DNA of 64,000 nt, taken from positions 44,036 to 108,035 of the forward strand of contig CANGIS010000002.1 of assembly GCA_947454055.1 (NCBI GenBank). The letters are read 5' to 3'. The position numbers were made by a program, and so were the translations under genes. Below, piece after piece: positions 9,179 to 18,716 of this stretch (the first letter of the stretch is position 1; each line of letters begins with the position of its first letter). The notes under the pieces were generated by a model that had not been told where the DNA came from, did not search any database, and saw only the letters and a program-made list of their open reading frames with translations. The DNA is from Hyphomicrobiales bacterium. Its GTDB lineage: Bacteria > Pseudomonadota > Alphaproteobacteria > Rhizobiales > Beijerinckiaceae.

Positions 9179-10291
9179 ATGGCGACTCAAAAGCTCCTTC
9201 TTCTGCCCGGCGACGGCATCGGCCCTGAAGTGATGACGGAAGTGCAAAAGCTCGTCACATGGATGAACAAGACGGGAATGGGGTCGTTTGAAACCGAGAG
9301 CGATCTGGTCGGTGGCTCGGCCTATGACGCGCACAAAGTGGCGATTACGGACGCAGCGATGAAGCTCGCCCATGAATCGGATGCCGTGATTTTCGGCGCG
9401 GTTGGCGGGCCCAAATGGGACAAGGTGCCGTATGAAGCGCGCCCTGAAGCGGGTTTGCTGCGTCTGCGGAAAGAACTTGAACTGTTTGCCAATCTTCGTC
9501 CGGCCATCTGCTATCCGGCATTGGCCGATGCGTCCTCGCTCAAGCGTGACCTCGTCGAAGGCCTCGATATCGTCATCGTGCGCGAACTGACCGGTGGCGT
9601 TTATTTTGGCGAACCGAAGGAAATCGTGACGCTTGAGAATGGCGAAAAGCGTGCGGTTGATACCCAAGTTTACACGACGCACGAGATTGAGCGCATCGGT
9701 CGCGTGGCCTTCGAAATGGCGCGCAAGCGCAAGAACAAGGTCACCTCGTCCGAGAAGCGCAATGTCATGCGCTCTGGCGTGTTGTGGAACGAAGTGATTA
9801 CCGATCTGCACAAGCGCGAATATCCCGATGTCATGCTGGAGCATCAATTGGCTGACGCGCTCGGCATGCAGCTGGTGCGCTGGCCGAAGCAGTTCGACGT
9901 GATCGTGACCGACAATCTGTTCGGTGACATGTTGTCGGACGTGGCAGCCATGCTAACCGGTTCGCTTGGCATGTTGCCGTCTGCCGCGCTTGGCACGGAA
10001 AACGAGAAGACCGGCAAGCGCAAGGCAATGTATGAGCCCGTGCATGGGTCCGCGCCCGATATTGCAGGCAAAGGCCTTGCCAACCCGATCGCCATGTTTG
10101 GCTCATTTGCCATGACGCTCCGCTATTCCTTCGGCATGACCAGCGAAGCGGACATGGTGGAGCGAGCAATTTCGGATGTGCTGGATCAGGGCCTTCGTAC
10201 CAAGGACATCGCATCCCCCGGCCAGAACGCCGTCAGCACAACCGAGATGGGCGAAGCCGTGCTGAAGCAACTGCAAAAGATCGCAGGCTGA
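9179..10291 (+). CDS. leuB: 3-isopropylmalate dehydrogenase
   Basis: 370 aa. LLLPGDGIGPEV, LRKELELFANLRP, DIVIVRELTGGVYFG and NLFGDMLSD are LeuB signatures. Confidence 0.95.
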   Translation: MATQKLLLLPGDGIGPEVMTEVQKLVTWMNKTGMGSFETESDLVGGSAYDAHKVAITDAAMKLAHESDAVIFGAVGGPKWDKVPYEARPEAGLLRLRKELELFANLRPAICYPALADASSLKRDLVEGLDIVIVRELTGGVYFGEPKEIVTLENGEKRAVDTQVYTTHEIERIGRVAFEMARKRKNKVTSSEKRNVMRSGVLWNEVITDLHKREYPDVMLEHQLADALGMQLVRWPKQFDVIVTDNLFGDMLSDVAAMLTGSLGMLPSAALGTENEKTGKRKAMYEPVHGSAPDIAGKGLANPIAMFGSFAMTLRYSFGMTSEADMVERAISDVLDQGLRTKDIASPGQNAVSTTEMGEAVLKQLQKIAG

Positions 10292-10305
10292 AGACGCCCG
10301 ACCCG

Positions 10306-11241
10306 ATGGCCATGCCGCTCACGCGTGATGTGATTTCCGACGCTTACCTTCGGATTGCGCCGCATATCCGGCATACGCCTTTGTTAGAGCTTGGCGCGGA
10401 TCCGTTCGGGCTCGGTTGTGGCGTCACCTTTAAGCTCGAATTTCTTCAGCATGCAGGTTCGTTCAAATCGCGCGGTGCCTTTAACACGTTGCTTTCGCAT
10501 GATTTGCCAAAATCGGGCGTAACGGCCGCGTCGGGGGGAAACCACGGTGCGGCGGTGGCATTTGCTGCGCGTCAACTCGGCATTCCTGCAAAAATTTTTG
10601 TTCCGGAAATTTCCTCGCCGATCAAAATCGCAACGATCAAGGGCTTCGGTGCCGAAATCGTCATTGGCGGGGCGCGATATGATGACGCCCAGACCGCGTG
10701 CAATGCCTATGCAGAAGCAAGCGGCGCCCTCCTCGTTCACCCCTTCGACGCGCCCGAGACTCTGGCAGGCCAAGCCACGATCGGCCTTGAATGGGAACGG
10801 GACGGCTTGGTCCCCGACACGGTGCTGATTGCGTGTGGCGGCGGTGGACTGATTGGTGGCATTGCAGCCTGGTGGCAGGGTAAAGTAAACCTCGTCGGCG
10901 TCGAACCAGAAGGCTCCTGCTGCCTCCATGCCGCCTTGGAAGCAGGCGGCCCCGTTCCGGTTGACGTCCATTCCGTGGCGGCAGATTCCCTCGGTGCCAA
11001 ACGGGTCGGCCAAATGGCCTTTGACATCGCTAAGACCGCAATCGACCATGTAGCCCTCGTCTCGGATGACGCGATTCGCAATGCGCAGAAGGTGCTCTGG
11101 CGCGATTTCCGGATCATGAGCGAACCCGGCGGTGCAGCGGCACTCGCCGCACTTCTGTCCGGCGCCTATACGCCAAAAAAAGGTGAACGGGTCGGCGTTC
11201 TGCTGTGCGGGGCAAATGTTGATCCGACCACAATCGGCTGA
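10306..11241 (+). CDS. PLP-dependent threonine/serine dehydratase-family enzyme
   Basis: 311 aa. HTPLLEL...FKLEFLQHAGSFKSRGAFN carries the PLP-lysine motif, and a GGGGLIGG glycine loop is present. Confidence 0.8.
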   Translation: MAMPLTRDVISDAYLRIAPHIRHTPLLELGADPFGLGCGVTFKLEFLQHAGSFKSRGAFNTLLSHDLPKSGVTAASGGNHGAAVAFAARQLGIPAKIFVPEISSPIKIATIKGFGAEIVIGGARYDDAQTACNAYAEASGALLVHPFDAPETLAGQATIGLEWERDGLVPDTVLIACGGGGLIGGIAAWWQGKVNLVGVEPEGSCCLHAALEAGGPVPVDVHSVAADSLGAKRVGQMAFDIAKTAIDHVALVSDDAIRNAQKVLWRDFRIMSEPGGAAALAALLSGAYTPKKGERVGVLLCGANVDPTTIG

Positions 11242-11382
11242 CCTTGATTTAATTCACATTTTTAAATGGTTATTATGATAATTTAATCACCAAATCCTTT
11301 GTGTATTTATTTTACATTTTTATTTGTTGATTATATCGAAGTCGACTTCTATATCGGGCCTGTGGCCAAAAAGGAGAACCTC

Positions 11383-12063
11383 ATGTTTCCACAACGCTTG
11401 CAGGATGGATACCGCGCCTTTGTCGAGGGCAGCCTGCCGCGGGAACGCGAGCGTTTCGAGGAACTCGCCGCGACCGGTCAAAAGCCTGAAATCATGGTCA
11501 TCGGGTGTTGCGACAGCCGTGTATCGCCCGAAGTCATCTTCGATGCTCGGCCGGGCGAGCTGTTTGTCGTGCGTAACGTCGCAAATCTTGTGCCTCCTTA
11601 TGAAACTGGCGGCGAATATCACGGCACCTCCGCGGCGCTGGAGTTTGCTGTTCAAGCCTTGCGAGTAAAACATATCGTTGTGCTCGGTCACGGCCGCTGC
11701 GGCGGTATTCGGGCCTATGCGGACGATGAGAGCCAGCCTTTGTCGTCGGGTGATTTCATCGGCAAATGGATCAACCTCGTCACGCCGGCCGCCAATGAAC
11801 TGGGCAAACGCAGCAGCTCTGAGACGTTGGACCATTATGCCGAGCGCCTTGCCCTCGCTTCAGTGGGCAAAACGTTGGAAAATCTGATGACGTTTCCTTG
11901 CGTGAATATTCTTGCGGGACGCGGCAAACTTCAGTTGCATGGCGCCTATTTCGACGTGTTTTCCGGCGCCTTGAAAATCCGCAATCCGGAAACAGGCGTC
12001 TTTCAAGCGGCCATCCATGATATTCCCGGCCGGGTATCGCTGATGCGCGCCGAAGGCGTCTAA
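11383..12063 (+). CDS. beta-class carbonic anhydrase
   Basis: ORF 11299..12063 trimmed to ATG 11383, which is preceded by aaaaaggagaacctc. GCCDSRVSPE, FVVRNVANLVPP and VLGHGRCGG are beta-CA zinc-site motifs. Confidence 0.88.
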   Translation: MFPQRLQDGYRAFVEGSLPRERERFEELAATGQKPEIMVIGCCDSRVSPEVIFDARPGELFVVRNVANLVPPYETGGEYHGTSAALEFAVQALRVKHIVVLGHGRCGGIRAYADDESQPLSSGDFIGKWINLVTPAANELGKRSSSETLDHYAERLALASVGKTLENLMTFPCVNILAGRGKLQLHGAYFDVFSGALKIRNPETGVFQAAIHDIPGRVSLMRAEGV

Positions 12064-12074
12064 GGCGAACCGGA

Positions 12075-13106
12075 TCAAAGTGTCCACATCACGGCGTCGA
12101 TATGGGGCGCGTGGGTTGCGAGCATCACCAGGCGGTCAAAGCCCAACGCAATGCCACACGCCTCCGGCATCAACCGCAGGGCTTCCAGAAAATCCTCGTC
12201 GAGCGGATATCGTTCCCCGTAGATCCGTTCCTTGGCGTCCATATCGACCATAAAGCGGCGGCGTTGCTCGGCGGCATCGGTCAGTTCACCAAAGGCATTG
12301 GCAAGTTCAACCCCGCAGGCGAACAGCTCGAAACGCTCGGCAACCCGCGGATCAGACGGCTTGGGTCGGGCCAGCGCCGCTTCCGAAATCGGATATTCGC
12401 ACAGGATGGTTGCCCGTCCGATGCCGAGATTGGGATCAATTTTTTCTACCATCACGCGACTGAAAATATCGGCCCAACTGTCATCGTCAGCAATCCGAAT
12501 ACCCTGATGCGTTGCTGCTTCGGCCATTAACGCCCGATCCGGCTGCCCATCCGGCGTGGTCGCCAAAAGATCGATCGCGGCGTATTTCGCGAAGGCTTCC
12601 GAAACCGTCAGTCTTTCAGGCTCTGCAAACGGATCCGCCCTTATTCCGCGATAGGACAGCCGATCCGTTCCCGCCTGTCGCGCCGCCTCGGCCAGCAGGA
12701 AGGCGCAATCCTCCATCAAGGTTTCGTAGCCCTCGTCAACGCGATACCATTCGAGCATGGTAAATTCGGTGGCATGTAATGCCCCCCGCTCGCGGTTACG
12801 AAAGACCCGCGCAAAATCAAAAATCTTCCGCTCGCCTGCCGCCAGCAGCTTTTTGGACGCAAATTCCGGCGATGTATGCAGATAACGCGTCTCTGTTTCG
12901 CCATCGGGTCGCAGGAGAAGGGTAGAGAGGGCGTGAAGATGCGTTTCATTGCCCGGCGAGCGCTGCAATTGCGCGCATTCAACCTCCAAAAACCCCTCTT
13001 GCTCGAAAAACCCGCGAAAAGCGGATTTAATTCGGGAGCGCGCCAACAAAGCGGGCCTGCGATCGGCGTGGTTGTCGGGCGCCCACCAGTGGCTGCTATC
13101 GTTCAT
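12075..13106 (-). CDS. epmA: EF-P--(R)-beta-lysine ligase (PoxA/GenX, truncated class II LysRS paralog)
   Basis: ORF 12075..13127 begins at a TTG; the ATG at 13106 ([13 protein letters not shown]...) is preferred. [47 protein letters not shown] and [11 protein letters not shown] are class II synthetase motifs. The gene is divergent from efp. Confidence 0.85.
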   Translation of the reverse strand: MNDSSHWWAPDNHADRRPALLARSRIKSAFRGFFEQEGFLEVECAQLQRSPGNETHLHALSTLLLRPDGETETRYLHTSPEFASKKLLAAGERKIFDFARVFRNRERGALHATEFTMLEWYRVDEGYETLMEDCAFLLAEAARQAGTDRLSYRGIRADPFAEPERLTVSEAFAKYAAIDLLATTPDGQPDRALMAEAATHQGIRIADDDSWADIFSRVMVEKIDPNLGIGRATILCEYPISEAALARPKPSDPRVAERFELFACGVELANAFGELTDAAEQRRRFMVDMDAKERIYGERYPLDEDFLEALRLMPEACGIALGFDRLVMLATHAPHIDAVMWTL

Positions 13107-13220
13107 TTGAATTCCTGCCTGTATCAAGGCTCTAGCACATTTGGGCCAAGTGTGAGAAAAGCGCCGCAGTTCATTTCAGGTTGCCGGTTATACCGGGCCA
13201 TCATTATCGGGAACATAACC

Positions 13221-13787
13221 GTGCAAGTAATCGCCAGTTCGCTTCGTAAAGGCAATATCGTCGAGAAAGACAACCAGCTTTATGTCATTCTCAGCGCTGA
13301 AAACATCCATCCCGGCAAAGGCACGCCGGTTACCCAGCTCGCGATGCGCCGCATCAGCGACGGTGTGAAGATTGCCGAACGCTATCGCACAACGGAAAAC
13401 GTCGAGCGCGCCTTCGTCGAGGATCGGGACTTCAACTATCTGTATGAAGATGCCGACGGCTTTAACTTCATGAACAATGAGACCTTCGAACAGATGTCGG
13501 TGCCAAAAGACGTCGTCGGTGAACAGTCGGTCTATCTGCAAGAGAACATGAAATGCGTGCTCTCGACCTATGATGGCCGCTGCGTGTCGATCATCCTGCC
13601 ACCCCGCGTGACGCTTGAGATCATCGATACCGAGCCTACCGTTAAGGGACAAACGGCTTCTTCCTCCTACAAGCCCGCAAAATTGTCGAATGGCGCGCGT
13701 ACCATGGTACCGCCCCACATTGCCGTTGGTACGCGTGTCGTCATTCAGACGGAAGACGGTTCTTACGTCGAACGCGCCAAGGACTAA
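13221..13787 (+). CDS. efp: translation elongation factor P
   Basis: ORF 12876..13787 trimmed to the in-frame GTG at 13221. This gives 188 aa starting (M)[13 protein letters not shown]..., a typical alphaproteobacterial EF-P N-terminus. The loop HPGKGTPV keeps the modifiable Lys. Confidence 0.88.
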   Translation: MQVIASSLRKGNIVEKDNQLYVILSAENIHPGKGTPVTQLAMRRISDGVKIAERYRTTENVERAFVEDRDFNYLYEDADGFNFMNNETFEQMSVPKDVVGEQSVYLQENMKCVLSTYDGRCVSIILPPRVTLEIIDTEPTVKGQTASSSYKPAKLSNGARTMVPPHIAVGTRVVIQTEDGSYVERAKD

Positions 13788-13807
13788 GGCTATAAGGAAT
13801 CTTCACC

Positions 13808-14098
13808 ATGCGTGCTGTGCTCGATATCGTCTTGATTGCCCTCAATCTGTATAATTGGGCTGTCATTGGATCTGCCGTGTTGAGCTGGCTCATTGCCTTC
13901 AACGTGGTGAACATGCGCAATGATGTGGTGCGGGCTTTCGCCATGGGACTTTACCAGATCACCGAACCTGCGCTGCGCCCCATTCGGCGTTTGCTGCCCA
14001 ATCTTGGGACGATGGACATCTCGCCCATCATCCTCTTGCTGCTCATCATGCTCGTTGAGCGCGTGATCCAGATGTATATCTATCCTTACGTCTTCTGA
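13808..14098 (+). CDS. yggT: YggT family membrane protein
   Basis: 96 aa with two hydrophobic segments. The EPALRPIRRLLP motif is typical of YggT. Confidence 0.8.
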   Translation: MRAVLDIVLIALNLYNWAVIGSAVLSWLIAFNVVNMRNDVVRAFAMGLYQITEPALRPIRRLLPNLGTMDISPIILLLLIMLVERVIQMYIYPYVF

Positions 14099-14418
14099 TG
14101 AGCGGAACGCCGTGGACGATCGTGCCCTACGGCATGATGCTGACGGTGCGATTGACACCTAAGGGCGGACGCGACGCGCTCGACGGGATAGAAGCGCTGT
14201 CGGACGGACGGGCGGTCCTAAAAGCCCGCGTCCGTGCCATTCCCGAGGATGGCGAGGCCAATGCGGCGCTTCAAAAACTGATCGCCAAAAGCCTCGCGGT
14301 GCCGGCTTCCCGCATTACCCTGCAATCGGGCCATACCTCGCGGCTCAAAACTCTGACCATTGAAGGCGATGGCGCAACGCTTGTAGCGACTCTCACGGCT
14401 GTCCTCAATGACAGGTGA
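14098..14418 (+). CDS. DUF167 (YggU-like) protein
   Basis: 106 aa. LTVRLTPKGGRDALDGIE...LKARVRAIPEDGEANAAL fits DUF167. Its start overlaps the yggT stop (ATGA). Confidence 0.75.
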   Translation: MSGTPWTIVPYGMMLTVRLTPKGGRDALDGIEALSDGRAVLKARVRAIPEDGEANAALQKLIAKSLAVPASRITLQSGHTSRLKTLTIEGDGATLVATLTAVLNDR

Positions 14419-14448
14419 GACCAAGCTCAAAACATGCCAGGGTAACCC

Positions 14449-14871
14449 ATGATCCGCATTGCACCCGGCGCAGCCCTTGACGAGGGCGATCTGATCGAGA
14501 CCTTCGTCCGCGCTTCGGGGCCCGGCGGGCAGAACGTCAACAAGCTTTCAACCGCCGTTGAACTCCGTTTCGATATCCGCAATGCGCCTTCAATAGATGA
14601 GGACATCAAGGAGCGCCTCGTCAAACTGGCCGGCCGACGGCTGACGCTGGAAGGTGTGATCGTCATTTTCGCGCAAAAGCATCGAACGCAAGAGATGAAT
14701 CGGGCTGATGCCCGCGAAAGACTGTTCGAGCTGATCCGTCAGGCCGCCAAACGTCCGATCATCCGCCGTCCGACCAGACCGACCCTTGCCTCCAAGAAAA
14801 GGCGGGTTGAATCCAAGGTCCGGCGCGGGGGCATTAAAGGCTTGCGGGGACGGCCCAGCAGCGACGACTGA
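14449..14871 (+). CDS. arfB: alternative ribosome-rescue factor ArfB (peptidyl-tRNA hydrolase, GGQ domain)
   Basis: 140 aa. SGPGGQNVNKLSTAVELRFD is the GGQ motif, followed by a basic C-terminal tail (KKRRVESKVRRGGIKGLRGR). Confidence 0.88.
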   Translation: MIRIAPGAALDEGDLIETFVRASGPGGQNVNKLSTAVELRFDIRNAPSIDEDIKERLVKLAGRRLTLEGVIVIFAQKHRTQEMNRADARERLFELIRQAAKRPIIRRPTRPTLASKKRRVESKVRRGGIKGLRGRPSSDD

Positions 14872-15020
14872 TCACCGCGTCATTTTGCCCCAAGATTTCG
14901 ATGGCCCTAAGACCAAGGTCGCGGGTTATGCTGCATTGCGGAAGAGGGCGAATTTCGCTAGAACATCGAAGTTCCGGAAGCGTTTCATCCGCCTTCCCTC
15001 CACATCGAAAGTTTTTCGTG

Positions 15021-15407
15021 ATGGCTGACGTTAAATCCCGCCCTCTTTCGCCGCATTTAAGCATTTATAAGCCCACCATCACGATGACAATGTCCATCGT
15101 GCACCGCATAACCGGTATCGGCCTTTATGCCGGCACGGTTCTGCTGGCGATCTGGCTGATTGCTGCCGCCTCCGGTGCGCAAGCCTTCGCCACGGTGCAA
15201 AGCTTCATCGCCAGCCCCTTGGGCCGGATCATCCTGCTGGGCTACACATGGGCGATCATCCATCACGCGCTTGGCGGCATTCGCCATTTCATCTGGGATA
15301 CCGGCGCGGGCCTCGGCCCCGAGCGCATGATGCTCGCGCGTCTGACCCTGATCGGTTCGCTGGTAATCACGGTTGGTCTTTGGCTCTTCGGCTACGCGGT
15401 AAGGTAA
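15021..15407 (+). CDS. sdhC: succinate dehydrogenase cytochrome b556 subunit
   Basis: ORF 14901..15407 trimmed to ATG 15021 (MADVKSRPLSPHLSIYKPTITMTMSIVHRITG), the typical SdhC N-terminus. Confidence 0.88.
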   Translation: MADVKSRPLSPHLSIYKPTITMTMSIVHRITGIGLYAGTVLLAIWLIAAASGAQAFATVQSFIASPLGRIILLGYTWAIIHHALGGIRHFIWDTGAGLGPERMMLARLTLIGSLVITVGLWLFGYAVR

Positions 15408-15415
15408 CACAAACT

Positions 15416-15808
15416 ATGAGCACTTCTTCCGCCATGAAAACACCCTTGAAGCAGGTTCGCGGCCTAGGTTCGGCCCGCTCGGGTACCGAGCATTTCTGGC
15501 GTCAACGCCTCACGGCGCTGGCCAATATTCCGCTCACCATCGGCTTTCTCTGCGTGGTTTATGCGACGCTCGGCAAGGATGCCGAAACGGCACGCGCCAT
15601 TTTGGCCCGCCCGTTTGATGCCTTCATTATCGCGCTGTTCGTGATTTCCGGCGTGATCCATATGAAGATCGGCATGCAGGTCATCATCGAGGATTACATC
15701 CACGGCGAGGGCTCGAAAATCATCGCTTTGGCGCTGAACACCCTGTTTTCTATTGCGGCGGGCGCAGCGTGCGTCTTCGCCGTTCTCAAGCTGACGTTTG
15801 GAGCATAA
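15416..15808 (+). CDS. sdhD: succinate dehydrogenase hydrophobic membrane anchor subunit
   Basis: ORF 15248..15808 trimmed to ATG 15416 ([34 protein letters not shown]). 130 aa, in the expected position within sdhCDAB. Confidence 0.85.
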   Translation: MSTSSAMKTPLKQVRGLGSARSGTEHFWRQRLTALANIPLTIGFLCVVYATLGKDAETARAILARPFDAFIIALFVISGVIHMKIGMQVIIEDYIHGEGSKIIALALNTLFSIAAGAACVFAVLKLTFGA

Positions 15809-17628
15809 TGATGGCGACTTCCTCTCCGGCTCAAAACGACAAGGCCTATCCGATTACGGACCACAGCTTTGACGTTGTCGTGGTGGGTGCTGGCGGCGCG
15901 GGCCTTCGCGCGGCAGTGGGCTGCGCGCAAGCGGGCCTTCGCACAGCGTGCATTTCGAAAGTGTTCCCGACCCGCTCGCATACGGTTGCTGCCCAAGGCG
16001 GCATTTCCGCGGCGCTGGGCAATATGGGCCGCGATGACTGGCGCTGGCATATGTATGACACGGTCAAGGGCTCGGACTGGCTCGGCGACCAAGACGCCAT
16101 CGAATATCTCTGCCGCAACGCGCCCGAAGCCGTCTATGAGCTCGAACATTGGGGCGTACCCTTCTCGCGCACCGAGGAAGGCAAGATCTACCAGCGTCCT
16201 TTTGGCGGTATGACGACCGAATTCGGTAAAGGCACCGCGCAACGTACCTGCGCTGCCGCTGACCGCACCGGTCACGCCATTTTGCACACGCTCTACGGCC
16301 AGGCGCTGCGCTCGAAGACCGAATTTTTCATCGAGTATTTCGCGCTCGACCTGATCATGGACGAGGAAGGTCGTTGCGTCGGCCTTATGGCGCTTAAAAT
16401 GGACGACGGCACGATCCACCGTTTCCGCGCCAAGGAAACCATTCTGGCAACGGGCGGCTATGGCCGCGCCTATTTCTCGGCCACTTCCGCGCATACCTGC
16501 ACGGGCGACGGCAACGCGATGGTGCTCCGCGCGGGCCTGCCCTTGCAAGACATGGAATTTGTCCAGTTCCACCCGACCGGCATTTATGGCGCGGGTTGCC
16601 TGATTACCGAAGGTTCACGCGGTGAAGGCGGCTACCTCACCAATTCGGAAGGCGAGCGCTTTATGGAGCGTTACGCACCATCAGCGAAGGATCTCGCCTC
16701 GCGTGACGTGGTTTCGCGCGCGATGACGATGGAAATCCGCGAAGGCCGTGGCGTGGGCAAGCAAAGCGATCACATCTATCTGCATCTCGACCATCTCGAC
16801 CCGAAGATTCTGCACGAGCGCCTGCCGGGCATTTCGGAAAGCGCCAAGATTTTTGCGGGCGTCGATGTGACGAAGGAGCCGATTCCGGTTCTGCCGACCG
16901 TCCACTACAATATGGGCGGCATTCCAACCAATTTCCACGGCGAAGTGCTGACCAAGAAGAACGGCAATGCCGACACCATCGTCCCCGGTCTCATGGCGAT
17001 TGGCGAGGCGGCCTGCGTCTCCGTCCATGGCGCGAACCGTTTGGGCTCGAACTCGCTGATCGATCTCGTGGTGTTTGGCCGCGCCGCCGGCCAACGCGCC
17101 GCGGAGCTTGTGACACCCGGCGAAAAGCAGCCGGAACTTGCAGCCAATGCGGGCGAAGCCTCGCTCGCTCGCCTTGATCGCTTCCGTTACGCCTCGGGCA
17201 GCACCAAGACCGCCGAACTGCGGTTGAATATGCAAAAGACGATGCAGAACAATTGCGCCGTCTACCGCACCGGCGAGGTGCTGGAAGAAGGCCAGAAGCT
17301 GATCCATGACGTTTGGCAGGGTTCAGCCGATATTCAGGTCACTGATCGTTCACTGATTTGGAACACGGATCTTTTGGAGACGCTCGAATTCGACAATCTG
17401 ATTGTGCAAGCCGTCTCCACGATGGATTCGGCGGCCAACCGGCAGGAAAGCCGCGGCGCCCATGCCCGCGAGGATTTCCCGAACCGTGACGACAAGGAAT
17501 GGATGAAGCACACACTGTCCTTCATCGATTCTGCCAACCAGAAAACCATCATCGATTACCGTCCGGTGCACACCTACACGATGTCGAACGATATCGAATA
17601 TATCGCGCCAAAAGCGCGTGTGTATTGA
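15808..17628 (+). CDS. sdhA: succinate dehydrogenase flavoprotein subunit
   Basis: ORF 15769..17628 trimmed to ATG 15808, which overlaps the sdhD stop. [15 protein letters not shown], the HTVAAQGG covalent FAD His, and [11 protein letters not shown] are present. Confidence 0.95.
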   Translation: MMATSSPAQNDKAYPITDHSFDVVVVGAGGAGLRAAVGCAQAGLRTACISKVFPTRSHTVAAQGGISAALGNMGRDDWRWHMYDTVKGSDWLGDQDAIEYLCRNAPEAVYELEHWGVPFSRTEEGKIYQRPFGGMTTEFGKGTAQRTCAAADRTGHAILHTLYGQALRSKTEFFIEYFALDLIMDEEGRCVGLMALKMDDGTIHRFRAKETILATGGYGRAYFSATSAHTCTGDGNAMVLRAGLPLQDMEFVQFHPTGIYGAGCLITEGSRGEGGYLTNSEGERFMERYAPSAKDLASRDVVSRAMTMEIREGRGVGKQSDHIYLHLDHLDPKILHERLPGISESAKIFAGVDVTKEPIPVLPTVHYNMGGIPTNFHGEVLTKKNGNADTIVPGLMAIGEAACVSVHGANRLGSNSLIDLVVFGRAAGQRAAELVTPGEKQPELAANAGEASLARLDRFRYASGSTKTAELRLNMQKTMQNNCAVYRTGEVLEEGQKLIHDVWQGSADIQVTDRSLIWNTDLLETLEFDNLIVQAVSTMDSAANRQESRGAHAREDFPNRDDKEWMKHTLSFIDSANQKTIIDYRPVHTYTMSNDIEYIAPKARVY

Positions 17629-17655
17629 GCCGATTGGGACGAAGGAAGCAAAACC

Positions 17656-18435
17656 ATGGTTGAACTCACCCTCCCCAAGAACTCCCGTGTCATTGACGGC
17701 AAGGTTTGGCCAAAGCCAACGAACGCCATTCATCTGACGGAATTCCGCATCTATCGCTATGATCCGGATGGCGAGAGCAATCCGCGTATGGACACTTATT
17801 ATGTCGATCGCGATGATTGCGGCCCGATGGTGCTGGACGGCATCATCTGGATCAAGTCAAAGATCGATCCGACGCTGACCTTCCGCCGCTCCTGCCGCGA
17901 AGGTATTTGTGGTTCGTGCGCGATGAACATCGATGGTGCCAACACGCTGGCCTGCACCAAGGGCATGGACGAGGTGGCGCATCCGATCCGCATCTATCCG
18001 CTGCCGCATATGCCGGTGATCAAAGATCTGGTGCCGGATCTCACGCATTTCTACTCGCAACACGCCTCCATCGAGCCATGGCTACACACCTCGACACCTG
18101 CGCCCGAGAAAGAATGGAAGCAGTCGCATGAGGACCGCCAGAAGCTGGACGGCCTTTATGAGTGCATTCTCTGCGCCTGTTGCTCGACGTCTTGCCCGAG
18201 CTATTGGTGGAATGGCGACCGCTATTTAGGTCCCGCCGTATTGCTGCAAGCCTATCGCTGGCTGATCGACAGCCGCGATGAAGCAACCGGTGAACGTTTG
18301 GACAATCTCGAAGACCCGTTCCGGCTCTATCGCTGCCACACGATCATGAATTGCGCCAATACCTGCCCGAAGGGGTTGAACCCGGCACGTGCGATTGCCG
18401 AGATCAAGAAGATGATGGTGGAGAGAAGGGTCTGA
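17656..18435 (+). CDS. sdhB: succinate dehydrogenase iron-sulfur subunit
   Basis: 259 aa. The three cluster motifs [32 protein letters not shown] and [17 protein letters not shown] are present. Confidence 0.95.
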   Translation: MVELTLPKNSRVIDGKVWPKPTNAIHLTEFRIYRYDPDGESNPRMDTYYVDRDDCGPMVLDGIIWIKSKIDPTLTFRRSCREGICGSCAMNIDGANTLACTKGMDEVAHPIRIYPLPHMPVIKDLVPDLTHFYSQHASIEPWLHTSTPAPEKEWKQSHEDRQKLDGLYECILCACCSTSCPSYWWNGDRYLGPAVLLQAYRWLIDSRDEATGERLDNLEDPFRLYRCHTIMNCANTCPKGLNPARAIAEIKKMMVERRV

Positions 18436-18450
18436 CGGGCTCCTCCATCC

Positions 18451-18567
18451 GTCCTTGCGAGCGAAGGCGAAGCAATCTAGCTGATGTTATAACGAGAGCG
18501 CGGTGGCAACACCGCGCTCTTTTTTGCGTTCTGTTCGCTGGGTTGCTTCGCGTTCGCTCGCAATGAC
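18451..18567. repeat. MITE/REP-like element: 27-bp imperfect inverted repeats flanking the sdhB terminator
   Basis: Left arm gtccttgcgagcgaaggcgaagcaatc (18451-18477). The right arm at 18541-18567 reverse-complements to gtcattgcgagcgaacgcgaagcaacc (24/27 match). Related copies lie at 62071-62288 and 36211-36227. Confidence 0.75.
18494..18526 (+). terminator. rho-independent terminator of sdhCDAB
   Basis: gagagcgcggtg-gcaa-caccgcgctct followed by a T-run. Confidence 0.8.
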
Positions 18568-18654
18568 GAGATAAAAATTGCTGCGCAGCAATTCTGCAGC
18601 ATAAATTTATCAACTCCTTGAAATAAAAGATATTTCACAAAAATGCTGCGTAAC

Positions 18655-18681
18655 AAAAAAGCCCGCTCTGAAGCGGGCTTT
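18655..18681 (-). terminator. rho-independent terminator of purC
   Basis: The minus strand reads aaagcccgcttcagagcgggctttttt: stem gcccgct/agcgggc followed by a T-run, about 35 nt after the purC stop. Confidence 0.75.
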
Positions 18682-18716
18682 CCTGATTTATTGTGCACTG
18701 CAATATAATAACTGCT

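Noticed and set aside
8888-9847. 319-aa ORF antisense to leuD/leuB. The same class includes 456..1385, 15694..16572, 28472..29239, 29915..31087, 34471..35622, 36440..37573, 49326..50120, 51063..52235 and 57486..58697.
   Set aside because: Each lies fully antisense to a gene with unmistakable family motifs. Their translations are rich in Arg, Ala, Gly and His and lack recognisable motifs. They are the usual shadow ORFs of GC-rich coding DNA.
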